A stretch of 63,033 nucleotides of DNA, the filler included, from Craspedostauros australis (Eukaryota), in the NCBI GenBank assembly GCA_030167865.1. It is 16 parts of 16 records of this genome, joined end to end, with 100 filler letters (N's around TTAATTAATTAA, not from the genome) between each part and the next. Parts side by side here need not be neighbours in the genome. Positions count along the whole stretch, not along the records: positions 33,438 to 39,259 come from JALAGF010004868.1; positions 39,360 to 42,114 come from JALAGF010004869.1; positions 42,215 to 43,750 come from JALAGF010004870.1; positions 43,851 to 45,623 come from JALAGF010004871.1; positions 45,724 to 55,105 come from JALAGF010004872.1; 11 more parts are not named here. One strand, given 5' to 3'. A program made the position numbers and the translations under genes. The notes beneath the pieces were generated by a model. That model was not told where the DNA came from. It did not search any database and saw only the letters and a list, made by a program, of their open reading frames with translations. Of this stretch, positions 38,980 through 50,334 are shown one piece after another (positions within the stretch are counted from its first letter, which is position 1; each line of letters starts with the position of its first letter).

Positions 38980-39359
38980 TGGGAGCAACGGTAAAAAATG
39001 AAAATTACCATAGGTCAGAAAATAAGCTGAAATGAAACACGTACGCTACAGCGGCTTGGACTGAATAGCATGACCGGGGCAACCAGTGTTGGAGTGCGGA
39101 GAGCGAAGCAACTCACAAACCCGAGAAGCACCACTCCTGTGTTGTTGGCAACTGTGCTGGTTTTGCTGATTAAGCGTGCATTTGTTCGTGTTGTGGTTGA
39201 TTGACTTGTGTGGGACTATTGATGTGTGGAGTAATTAAGGTGCCATTGGGGTTGTTGCCNNNNNNNNNNNNNNNNNNNNNNNNNNNNNNNNNNNNNNNNN
39301 NNNTTAATTAATTAANNNNNNNNNNNNNNNNNNNNNNNNNNNNNNNNNNNNNNNNNNNN

Positions 39360-39921
39360 GTACGCAGATCACCAGCTCGTCACCACGGCATACAACCTGG
39401 TGTTCCGAACACAAGCGTTCCCCGAAGCATGCCGTTCTTTCCGTGCTCTCAGTGCCGCCGACAAGACATGGGCTCGCTTCAAGAAGGATTTCGCTGCAGC
39501 TCACCAAGACCTCCGCGAATCGCAAGCCACGGCGACGGGAGCCAACTTCCAAGGAGCCAATGCGGCGATCACCGCCACGGAAACCGCAGACGCGCTCGCC
39601 AACCTCGCATCCGCCACGGCCGCGGGTCGCAGCACCGTAGCACAGCTCACCGAGAGCAACGCCAACCTCGTCAAGCAATTGTCGGAGATCACGGCAATGG
39701 TGTCCCAGCTGCAAGCCAATGCGGCCACGAGCAGCGGCACAGGAAGCAAGAAGGGAGGGCGCAAGCACAAGCACAACTCCTACTGCTGGACACACGGGTA
39801 CAAGGTGGGCATCACGCACACCAGCGCGACGTGCATGAACCCAGCACCAGGACACAAGAAGGAGGCCACTCGCAACAACACGATGGGAGGATCCACCGAA
39901 GGCGCCCCGACGAACGCGTGA
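39360..39921 (+). mobile_element. Copia gag C-terminal part ending at UGA
   Basis: KTWARFKKDF, coiled coil, YCWTHG..HTSATC..GH..ATRNNTMGGS. Confidence 0.85.
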
Positions 39922-42114
39922 CAAACGCGGCAGGATCACAGTAAGCAAGTAGCACTCTCTGTTACTACTTCATCATCCTGTGCTCCTGCCCTCGCCATAG
40001 TTGACTCTGGTTGCACTAGTCATTTCCTGCGACCTGAAGATCCATGCATTGGCCAAACACCCGACGATAACCCATTATCGGTGTCGTTGCCCGACGGATC
40101 CAACATCCAATCTTCCCACCGAGCCACGGTCAGCATTGCCAATGTACCGCAGCATGCGTGCACCGCGCGAGTTTTTCCACAACTTTCCAGCGCGGCGCTT
40201 GTGTCGGTGGGACAGCTGTGTGACCACGGCATGACGGTTGACTTCGACCAAGAATCCGTGAGAATTCGAAAAAACGGAAACACGATTCACACCGGTTGTC
40301 GGCATCAAGTTGACGGCATGTATCGCATCGACATCCAANNNNNNNNNNNNNNNNNNNNNNNNNTGGCCAATCACGTCCATCACACGTCAACCAAGATGGA
40401 ACTGGCCAAATATTACCACCAGTGCTGCTTCAGCCCCGCGGTATCCACGTTCACGGCGGCCATCAAGAAAGGATTCTTTTCGTCTTGGCCCGGACTGACC
40501 GAACAATTGGTGCGAAAATTCCTTCCACCCTCAACGGCAACTGCGGCTGGGCACCTACGCCAGCAGTACCAGAACACGCAGTCCACACGCAATCACTGTA
40601 ACCACGTCACCCAGCCCACCAAGAATCCCACGGAACAACGCGAAATCTTCATGGATGTTTATCGGCCAACAGGCAAAATCTTCACCGATCAAACAGGCCG
40701 ATTCCCAGTGACGTCAAGCCGTGGATACCAGTACATCATGGTGTTGTACGACCATGACTCCAACGCGATTCTTTCACGCCCACTACGCAGTCGGCACGCA
40801 ACGGAACTCACGCGAGCGTGTGACGAACTTTTGACGGTTCTCCTTCGGAGCGGAATGACACCGCGATTCCACCGGCTCGACAACGAGGCGCCGAAAGAAC
40901 TCAAGCACCTCATCGAATCCAAAGGTATCCAATACCAGCTTGTACCACCAGGCATTCATCGGCGCAACGCTGCAGAGAGAGCCATCTCAACTTGGAAAGA
41001 CCACTTCATCGCAGGACTGGCCACAGCCGACGAAGCATTTCCGCTTCATCTGTGGTGTCAACTCCTCCCCCAATGCGACATCACACTCAACCTGATGCGA
41101 CCGTCGCGAGTCAACCCGCACATCTCGGCACATCATGCCCTCCACGGCAACTTCGACTTCAACGCAACACCAATGGCACCGCCAGGCACCAAGGCCGTCA
41201 TCCATGACAAACCCAGCAAGCGAGCCACGTGGGCACCGCACGGATCCGCCGGATGGTACATAGCACCAGCACTCGAACACTACCGATGCTACAAGGTGTA
41301 TTGCAACAAAACGAGGAAGATCCGGATCACCGACACCATCGAACTCATGCCAAGCAAGTGCGCCATGCCCACACCAACCAACGCAGAGATGGCCATCAAG
41401 GCGGCAGGCGACCTCGCCACCGCACTCACCAAGCCGTGCGCACCACTACAGTCCATTGGCGACGAGCAACTCGGAGCACTCCAGCAGCTCAGCGACATCT
41501 TCCAGCAGGCGCTCCCCGCGACGCCCACAGCGCCACTTCCGAGGGTGCACACCGAGCCACCTCCGAGGGTGCTCACCACGGCCAGCAGTGGCACCAACAA
41601 CAAACGCGTCACCTTCGCGACGCCGGCGCGCACACCTCCGAGGGTGCCCCAAACCACACCGCAAGTCACAGACGACGAAGCCGACTCCGAACCAGAATCG
41701 GACGACGACGACGACGACGACGACAGCGCCAACACGGGAGCACCTCCCACAGGCCATTCCGCAACAACGCCACGCACACGACTGCGCACCGGCACCATCC
41801 AGCGCAAGCAATGGGCACGCGGAGCCACCACCGCAAACGCAGTCATCGACGAACGCACGGGAACGGCATACGAATACCGGCACCTCATCGCTGGCAAGGT
41901 TCATGGCCACACCCCGCAACAATGGTACACATCCTTCGCAAACGAGATCGGGCGTCTCGCACAAGGCGTCGGAACCCGCATCCCAGCATCGGCGGCAACC
42001 AACACCATCTTCTTCGTCCCAAGATCAGCAGTACCACGAGATCGCACCGTCACATACGGCCGCATCGTCTGCGCCGTACGACCACAAAAAGCGGAAACAC
42101 ATCGCACGCGCCTC
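39922..42114 (+). mobile_element. Copia pol (protease, integrase, RT start) in the same frame as gag
   Basis: AIVDSGCTSHF protease; integrase FTDQTG, RLDNE, NAAERAI; RT start ANEIGRLAQG..TYGRIVCAVRPQK; PR-IN-RT order. Confidence 0.93.
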
Positions 42115-42214
42115 NNNNNNNNNNNNNNNNNNNNNNNNNNNNNNNNNNNNNNNNNNNNTTAATTAATTAANNNNNNNNNNNNNNNNNNNNNNNNNNNNNN
42201 NNNNNNNNNNNNNN

Positions 42215-43750
42215 GACTTCGTTCTGGCGTTCCCACAAGCGGATGTGGAATGTGACATCTTCATGCAAACACCTCAGGGGTGCAATGTGGACGGAGACAA
42301 CAGGTCTCACGTTCTCCAACTCAAGAAGAATTTGTCTGGCACCAAGCAGGCAGCATTGGTATGGCATCGGCATGTGGTTGACAGCCTGATGCAGCATGGA
42401 TTCCAGCAAAGCCAAGTCGATGAATGCCTTCTCTACAAGGACAACACATCCATTCTGCTGTACGTTGATGACACCATCATCATTGGCCCACGCAAACACA
42501 AGATCGATGACATCATCGAGTGCCTCAAGGCACGGTTCACACTAACCGATGAAGGCAACATGAATGAGTATCTGGGCGTTCACATCCAACGTACTGATGA
42601 CACCATCACACTCACACAACCGCAACTCATAGATCGAATCATACGAGCAGCCAAGATCAATCCTGACTCACCAGGACGAACCAATTCGACGCCAGCCGTC
42701 AAACCACTCCTATACAAGGACACCAGTGGCCCTGCTGCTACTTGGCAATTCGAATATCGGTCAGTTGTGGGGATGCTCAACTTCCTCACATGATCGACAA
42801 GACCTGACATCTGCTTCACAGTCCATCAATGCGCACGCTTCATGGCTCATCCGATGAAGTCACACAAAGATGCCATTGAATGGATTGTACGATACCTCGC
42901 TCACACATGGGATATGGGACTCCACATCTCATCTACCAATGACTCCATTCACTGCTATGCTGATGCAGACTTTGCAGGAGGCTTCACACAAGCCAACAAC
43001 GACCCCAACACGGCAAAAGTTGTACCAGACACGTTGTCCTGTATGAAGGATTCCCCATCATATGGAACTCCAAACTGCAAACAGAAGTCGCACTCAGCAC
43101 CACAGAAGCCAAGTACATGGCTCTCAGCCAAGCTCTATGAGAGGTTATACCCATCATACACCTCATCAATGAAATTAAGCAGCACATATCGTCATTCAAC
43201 ACTTCTCCGCCAAAAGTTCACTGCACAGCATTTGAGGACAACTCCGGTGCCCTCGAACTCACAAACACACCCAGAATGCGTCTTGAAATAGTGTGAAAGG
43301 TTGATTTATGATTACATGACTTGCGTCTTCTACTGCAGTGCGAGATTGAACGAGGGCATGCATGCATCGTGCGAAAGCACGAGGTGCAGGCTCTCAGTTT
43401 TAGTAGAGCNNNNNNNNNNNNNNNNNNNNNNNNNNNNNNNNNNNNNNNNNNNNNNNNNNNNNNNAAGGATGGCGATGCTTGAAGATGTTGCATCATCGTC
43501 TGAGGATCTGAAGCTTCAATGAACATGGCAGAAGTCGTAGGATGATGGAGGAGTTGTGTTTTTCGGCGCGAACTTGTTGTTGGCGCCATTTGTTGATTGG
43601 TATCTTCCACCGAGTCCCCAGTCACGGATACCGAGACGACTCGATGGACTCCAACAATGCGTCCTCGTACCAAACACATCAATGTCAAATACCATCACTT
43701 CCATGAAGCTGTCAGCAAAGGGCTCATCACCATTGAAAAGGTCGACACGT
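42215..43750 (+). mobile_element. Degenerate Copia RT-RNase H interrupted by a solo LTR
   Basis: LYVDD, YRSVVGMLNFL*STRPDI, YADADFAG, RTKHINVKYHHF; stop codon and frameshift. Confidence 0.93.
43281..43656. mobile_element. Solo LTR with 5-bp TSD ATGCG
   Basis: ATGCG|TCTTGAAA...TCCAACA|ATGCG; removal restores PRMRPRTKHI. Confidence 0.75.
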
Positions 43751-44389
43751 NNNNNNNNNNNNNNNNNNNNNNNNNNNNNNNNNNNNNNNNNNNNTTAATT
43801 AATTAANNNNNNNNNNNNNNNNNNNNNNNNNNNNNNNNNNNNNNNNNNNNCTGTATCAGACGATGGTGTAACTGTAGTAAACTTGGAAGTAAGCTGTGAA
43901 GATTGTTTCTGATTGCTTGTTTTATGTGTTAAGCCTACTATTGATAGGACGATCGAGTAAAAAGGTGGGGTGCGTGCTGTCGTACTTCAGCCGTTCTTTG
44001 TTGCGCAGCAGCATGCCGTGGTGATCCTGCACACATACAGCCTTCCAGTATCATCACCCGTAGAGCAGTAGCTGATCCATTCGCATGGATATGCTTCAAG
44101 ACAGATGCATGTTCGGCAGGGTGACGAGGTGGACAGGTGGCAGGGGTGCATGAGCTGGAGGGCGAGCAACGCAAGGATTGCAGTTCAACTACACATCGTG
44201 TGTGNNNNNNNNNNNNNNNNNNNNNNNNNNNNNNNNNNNNNNNNNNNNNNNNNNNNNNATGGACAGTCAAGTCCCGGGTCAGTCCCGGAGCTAGTCTGTC
44301 CCAACTCTCCCTCTCGGCGTAGTGCGAAGCATGTCCCCGGTGTAAAAAACCTCCATCGTTCGATTAACAGTTCACAATTTGTGGTGCCA

Positions 44390-45623
44390 TCACCATCCCA
44401 TGAGCATCCGTCGCAGGTGTTCGAATGCATCCCGCGCAAGGCCCTTGGTGAAGATGTCAGCGACCTGATGTGGTGTTGGTACGTGTAGGATTCGAATGAA
44501 GCCTTCCTTGACCCAATGCCAGAAGAAATGCCATTTGGTGAGAAAGTGTTTGGTTCGCGCCGTGACCTTGTGGTTTGTTGCCAGCGAGATGCACGCCTCA
44601 TTGTCTTCAAAAACGGTGCATTGGATGTTGGTTTGCAGCGGTTGATTGAGACTCGTTGATGCGTTGACTTCGTTGATGAGTTGTTGCATGGGTATGAGGG
44701 CACGCATGGCGAGAGACAGCGCGGCGTATTCCGACTCCATTGTCGATAAGGCGATCTCCGTCTGCAGTTTTGATTTCCACACGAGCGGGCAGCCGCCGAG
44801 GATGATGACGTAGCCGGTACGTGAGCGTACTGCGTTGGGAGAATCGTCGGACTCGCGCTTGTACAAGCCAGCAAAATCGGCATCGACGTAGCACTCCAAG
44901 TTGAGTTGGCCCGTTGGTCGTACGATAGTGCCCATGGTGTTTGTGTGGCGGAGGTATCGCACGATCATCTTGATGGCCTTTGCGTGTGGCTGGCGAGGGT
45001 CGTTGCTGAATCGGGCCACTTGAGAGACGGCGAAGGCCAGGTCGGGGCGTGTGTTCGTAGTCAAGTAGAGCAGCATGCCGATGATGGAGCGGTAATTCCA
45101 TGCTTCCTTCATTGGCGGTTGGTCGGTTGAGGCGCCGAGGGCAAGTTGTGTTGTTGGTGTTACGTTTGGTTTGCAATGCTGCATGCCGGTGGCCTCGATG
45201 ATCTTGTTGATTAATCCGGTCTGCTTGAGGTGGATAGTGTTGTTTTTGGGGTCTCGGTGCAGTGATATTCCTAGGAACTCCGTGAACGTGCCCTCGCGTG
45301 TGAGATCAAATCCGCGTTTGCGCATGGACTCGATGAATGCGTCTGCCTCTTCTTCCGTACGCGAAGCGATGCCAGCGTCGTCCACGTAGAGAACGATCAT
45401 CATGCCGTCGCGCATGAACAGGCACTTCTCTTGGTCACACGCGTGAAACCCTTCCGCAAGGAGGGCGCGCACGAGATGCTGATACCATAGCTTGGGAGCT
45501 ATAGTGAGACCATAAAGGCTTTTAATCAGCTTGAGGCACGTGTCAGGTCCATTTGTTGATCGGAAACCGCGAGGGAGGTGTAAGTAGACAGGTCGGTGGA
45601 TGTCGGCTTGGACGAACGCGTTC
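44390..45623 (-). mobile_element. Copia RT-RNase H 3' end; PPT-like GAGAGGGAG near 44306-44315, probable LTR towards 43851
   Basis: LYVDD, TRPDLAFAV, YVDADFAG, LSTMESEY, RTKHF, ADIFTKGL, LMGW*. Confidence 0.95.
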
Positions 45624-45976
45624 NNNNNNNNNNNNNNNNNNNNNNNNNNNNNNNNNNNNNNNNNNNNTTAATTAATTAANNNNNNNNNNNNNNNNNNNNN
45701 NNNNNNNNNNNNNNNNNNNNNNNCGTTTGTGACTGGAAAGGGTTCCGCTTCTTCTCTGTCCGCTTCATCCTGTCTCACGATGGACCCATCCACCGCAGGT
45801 AGTGTACGTATGTGTACCATCGTTGTGCGGTCTCCTCTTCTCTTCCATCCTATGCGCTGCGTGCCACGTGCTGTGTCGATGATCAGCGATTCCAAATGAT
45901 GCCTCTTCTCCCACAATCCGACCAACAACCGAATCGAAATGAATCGAATTGGATTGGGTTGAATCACGCCCCCCTC

Positions 45977-46393
45977 ATGAAGTTCACTCTGTCTGCCATG
46001 ATCTGCGCAGTGCTTCCGCTGGCCGCTCAAGCATCAGAGGTGCCCGATGGGCAACTGGAAAGCGGGGAGGATTCCCAATGAGATGCAATGGAAGGTGAAG
46101 CAATCAACTCCATCCTCGAGGGAGATGGCACTGGAGCACCTCCACGCAACCTTCGAATTGGGAGGAAGGAGAGAAACAAAGAGCGCGAGAATGAGCATGA
46201 TGACAGAGGAGCAGACAGAAGCGGAGGGCAGGGAGGACATCAAGCAGGACCACAAGGTATTGGGCAAGGTATCGGACAAGGCTCAGTACAACAGGGAGAA
46301 GATAGCTTCGGCCCACACTCGATACAGCGAAGATCCCGAGAATACGGAGGAACCCATGTAGGGGACGGAAGAGGATACCAAGGAGGATACTGA
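45977..46393 (+). pseudogene. Secreted Gly/Gln-rich protein with an internal stop
   Basis: Signal peptide MKFTLSAMICAVLPLAAQA, acidic segment, TGA at 46079-46081, same frame continues through RNL and a G/Q-rich stretch. Confidence 0.45.
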
Positions 46394-46944
46394 AGAGGAT
46401 GGCCAGGTCCAGCACAAGGAGGCAACTGAGGATAGCACACAACACGGAGCACCGACAGGCTGGGTGATACACCACGAAGTAGGCATTCCAAGCCCTTCCC
46501 AACCACACCAGCGGTGAGGGAAGGACAGACCAACCAGACGGACTAGCTGGGATACACAATGGTCGCACAGGAACAGATCAAGAACAACGACAGGCCAACC
46601 CTGGCTGGACGGTGACAGGATGCACTGCATAGAACAGCAGCCTGTTCATTGTGAACCGCTCTGCACGAGTAGTATCACAACTATTAGAAATCTACCATGT
46701 TACATATATACCACACACGACACAACCTGGTTTGATGGTGGTTCCTCGTTGGCTCCAGAGATGCCATACCACATCACTCCACTGTCATGGTCCGCCCCTC
46801 ATGTCGCCACATCTTCAATCCTCTTGCATGCAGTCTGCGCTGGCGTTGGTTCTCGCCGCATTCCACATTCCACCGCTGCTGCCTCCAGCCACCTCCTGTT
46901 CTCTGTTGTTTCGCTGACTTCGTCGATGTGTGTCGGAAGCCGGT

Positions 46945-49900
46945 TCAAGCTGAAGAGTACGTCAACTGGACACTGAATCTCTCGGTCTTCCCATGCTCGC
47001 TGCGGGGAATACCCGTTTCCTCCAGCACCTCCGACGCCGGGGACTTACCGGTCGGCATCGCGATGTACGACGCAAGGTGGGCCTCATCAGCTTCTGCTTG
47101 TGTTATGGCTGCGTCTCTGGCTTCCTCCTCGATTGCTATGAGGTCGGTGTCGATCCCAGTTTCGACTTCTGCCAGGAATTTTTGAAGCTTCTGTTCTCCA
47201 TGTTCCTCCGCCACGTACTTGGGTGCCGCTTGTTCCACCCTTCGCATGAAGGCAGCCTTCATCTCGCCATGTTTGTTCTCCAATGCCTTGGCGGCAGCAC
47301 GATCACCAGCACCTGTTGTTGTGCTCATTTTGGCTGCATCAGCATCGGCCTGGCTCATCGTTCGATTCACAAGGCTGCCTGGTCGGCTCGCCACGCAGTA
47401 CACGCGATCTTCGCCAAATGGAATGTGGAGGAGCTTGTGAAGGACCCTGTTCTTGTTTTGGCGGATGTCTTTGTTGGAAATCTTCCGATCGGTTGATTTA
47501 TCCTTTGCCTGGATGCAGATGGTGACGAGCTTGAGGTTCTTCCACACGATCTTGTTGCTGACCTCCTCCTTTTGAGCAACCACGACAGACACGTATCCGT
47601 CTGCCAAGTTGCTGTTGCCTTCTGCGACGCTTGCGATTGGAGGATAGAACACCTTCGTCGGTTCCTCCAGTGTTGGGGTTTTGTTGATGGCGTGTCGCAG
47701 GTCCCAGAGTCCCTTGAGGTACTCCTTGTCAATGTTCAGCGTTTCTTGGTCGCTTTTCTGGGGAGGGGTATACTTCGTGAGTCCATTGATGTTGATGAAA
47801 GGAGTACAATCGTTTAGTTCGACCTCCCAACCTTTCACATCATCCCAGTCGGATTGGTTCTGTTGCTGCTGTCCTTGTGGTTGTTGCTGCTGTCCTTGTG
47901 GTTGTTGCTGCTGTACTTGTTGCTGCTGCTGCTGCTGCTGTTGTGGTTCTGTTTCATCTGATGACAAGTCCATGGGTGACTTCTGAAGGTACATGCCCTT
48001 CATGGCAAACTCTGATGGAAAAGCAACAGGGTACCATCCGTCAAGCCCTTCCCACGAGTCTTCTATGTTCTTGTCCACGAATAGAGATTTGAAAGTACCA
48101 CCATCGTCTCTCACTTCCGATGCGTACATCGCAGTGCCATCCTCGAGCATCGATTTCAGATCCTTCCGATCCTCCGCCTTGACGGTCGTGGCTGCTGCTA
48201 TCACACTGGAGAGGAATTGGACTGTGAGTGCTTCATATGCGAATGATGTCGTCCCCAAGGCTTCATCGGCATGTGCCATGACTTCTCCACCAGCGATCAT
48301 CCAGCCACAGAGTCGCTGCATGGCAGGATCCATGAGGAAAGGGTACACCTCAACTCCCCCGCCCTCCTGTTCTTCCTCCATGGAGAGATCTGCGAATGAT
48401 CGAGTTGTCAGGAGCCCATACCTGCCAATGAGATCGCGTATCTTGGCGTTGTGCGTACCAAACTTTTGGAAGTGGATGGCACCTGTCAGAGCCTTCTCTC
48501 TGATTTCATGGGGAGTGTCATGACGATACACCGTGATCGTTTCCTGGAAGAGGAGGGCAGCGTAAGCGCTTGCCGCAGCCTGCAAGCGCACGTGTGGCAA
48601 ATTCCACAAGGGCTCCAGGCCGTTGCTTTTGCAGAAGTCCACAAAAACAGCCGTGACAACCTTGACTTGATGGCGGGGATCACCATATGAGAAGTTTGTG
48701 GTTGCAAGCTGGAACACCAAGGCAGAGGTCATTCTTGAGTTGTGGTGGACGATATCGTTGAGGAGGGGATATTCTGGAAGCTGTTCAAAGGGTGGACATT
48801 TGTTCTGACTGTCTGGATACTCTCGGCAGAGAACCTTGTAGACATCTTCAACCTTTCTTTGGGCAATTGGTTGGAGTTGCTCGAAGTTGTTAGGCAAGCT
48901 TCCTTCCATGTCTCCATGTAGGCCTGTCCCTGCGATGGAGAACACCACCCGCAGTGATTTCTTCTGCGTCTTCTTCCATTCCTTCTCATTGAGACGGTTT
49001 CCGCTTTCGTCTGGGTTGTTGCATCCCGTCATGATGAATGCAGCAAGATCCTGGCCATGAGATTCGTAGTGGCGGATGATCTCATTGACGAGGTTGGGTC
49101 GGGATCCTGCTTCATCGATGGCGACGACGATTCGCACCTTGTTTTCGTTGGTGCCGTGGTGCTTGATCATTTGAGCGATCTCGAGAAAAAGAGCTCGGAT
49201 GCCCTTGTCTTCATCCACGAGTTTGCGAATGGCTGTCTTGAGACTGATTCGTGCTTGCTTCCGCCGAACAGGACCGCTCTCAGGAGTAGAAATGTCCTTG
49301 GGGACATCCAGTTGGATGGAAAAGGCAGCATCTCTCGAGTACGCGCTCGCCGCGAGCTCGGCTGTCTTGCCACTCCCGCTGGCAGAGCAGTACAGCAGCA
49401 CCCGATCACCGCCTGCCTTTTCCATGTATAGCTGCGGTGGCGATTCTCCAGGTTTGGCCCGATGTCGGAACTTGGGGTTGCCAATGAAGAAGACCTGGCG
49501 AAACGACTCCGAATCATCGTGTCCGCTGTAAACCTCCACTTGATGGAGTTTTTCTGTTGTATCGTCACGGATGGCTTGGTTCAACATGTTGATGATGGCA
49601 TTTTGGAGTGACGCTGGTGAGGTTTTGTTGAGGGGTGGGAGTCCTGTGAATGATTGGCGAGCAAACTCGATGTTGGTGACTTTGCAGAACCAATGATGGA
49701 GCGCGTTGGTGTTTCTGCGTTTAGACCGACTTTTCGCCATTTGAAGCACCTTGTCTTGGTAGTCTGTGTCATTGAACATCAGGGTGTACGCGGATCGCGA
49801 GTCCACCACCGACTCGACAGAAGCGGGACGAAAGCCTCGAGTTTTCAATTCTCGTTCAAGTTCTGCCGGGTCGCATTTCGGAGCCCAGAACCAGGCACTT

Positions 49901-50334
49901 CCGAATATCGATTTCCACGGAGGAGGTGACCCTGTGCCAGATGCTTTGGAGTGAGGCTTGGCGACAGGTGCTGCAAATACCTTGGGATTCCTTCTCGCCC
50001 ATGCATTGGCGGGGGCAGGGTTGCGGTGTTGAGTCTGCCCTCCACTTGGTTGGTGGCTCTGGTGTTTGGTCTTAGCTGATGCCATCGAGTTTGCCTTCGG
50101 GTTGTTCTGCTGTTTGGTCCCAGCTGGTGCGTTTGACTTGGCATTCGCAGTGTTCCGCTCGCTATTCCCCAACTTCGCTGTTGTTGCCGCCCTTCCCTTT
50201 GTTCTTGCGTTATTCTTCTTGCTCGGCATTGTTGCGACTGCTCTTGCGGAGTGTGGTATTCCCACTCTTGGGGGTATTGTCTGTTGTATGGTGTGGGTGG
50301 ACGGTTGCAGGCTTCCTGTGACGTTGGAAAACAC
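46945..50334 (-). CDS. P-loop NTPase with C-terminal PD-(D/E)xK-like domain (Crinkler/RHS-type effector-like); probable start MPSKK near 50229
   Basis: Walker A SASGSGKT, Walker B IVVAIDEAG, FSIAGTG, NSR; poly-Q insert; NLADG...TICIQAK; uninterrupted 1129-aa frame. Confidence 0.7.
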   Translation of the reverse strand: MFSNVTGSLQPSTHTIQQTIPPRVGIPHSARAVATMPSKKNNARTKGRAATTAKLGNSERNTANAKSNAPAGTKQQNNPKANSMASAKTKHQSHQPSGGQTQHRNPAPANAWARRNPKVFAAPVAKPHSKASGTGSPPPWKSIFGSAWFWAPKCDPAELERELKTRGFRPASVESVVDSRSAYTLMFNDTDYQDKVLQMAKSRSKRRNTNALHHWFCKVTNIEFARQSFTGLPPLNKTSPASLQNAIINMLNQAIRDDTTEKLHQVEVYSGHDDSESFRQVFFIGNPKFRHRAKPGESPPQLYMEKAGGDRVLLYCSASGSGKTAELAASAYSRDAAFSIQLDVPKDISTPESGPVRRKQARISLKTAIRKLVDEDKGIRALFLEIAQMIKHHGTNENKVRIVVAIDEAGSRPNLVNEIIRHYESHGQDLAAFIMTGCNNPDESGNRLNEKEWKKTQKKSLRVVFSIAGTGLHGDMEGSLPNNFEQLQPIAQRKVEDVYKVLCREYPDSQNKCPPFEQLPEYPLLNDIVHHNSRMTSALVFQLATTNFSYGDPRHQVKVVTAVFVDFCKSNGLEPLWNLPHVRLQAAASAYAALLFQETITVYRHDTPHEIREKALTGAIHFQKFGTHNAKIRDLIGRYGLLTTRSFADLSMEEEQEGGGVEVYPFLMDPAMQRLCGWMIAGGEVMAHADEALGTTSFAYEALTVQFLSSVIAAATTVKAEDRKDLKSMLEDGTAMYASEVRDDGGTFKSLFVDKNIEDSWEGLDGWYPVAFPSEFAMKGMYLQKSPMDLSSDETEPQQQQQQQQQVQQQQPQGQQQQPQGQQQQNQSDWDDVKGWEVELNDCTPFININGLTKYTPPQKSDQETLNIDKEYLKGLWDLRHAINKTPTLEEPTKVFYPPIASVAEGNSNLADGYVSVVVAQKEEVSNKIVWKNLKLVTICIQAKDKSTDRKISNKDIRQNKNRVLHKLLHIPFGEDRVYCVASRPGSLVNRTMSQADADAAKMSTTTGAGDRAAAKALENKHGEMKAAFMRRVEQAAPKYVAEEHGEQKLQKFLAEVETGIDTDLIAIEEEARDAAITQAEADEAHLASYIAMPTGKSPASEVLEETGIPRSEHGKTERFSVQLTYSSA

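Noticed and set aside
41229..42170. Long overlapping Arg/His-rich ORFs
   Set aside because: Alternative frames of GC-rich pol
39360..43750. Joining the gag-pol contig to the next RT contig as one element
   Set aside because: They are separated by a linker and differ in state of decay; adjacency is arbitrary
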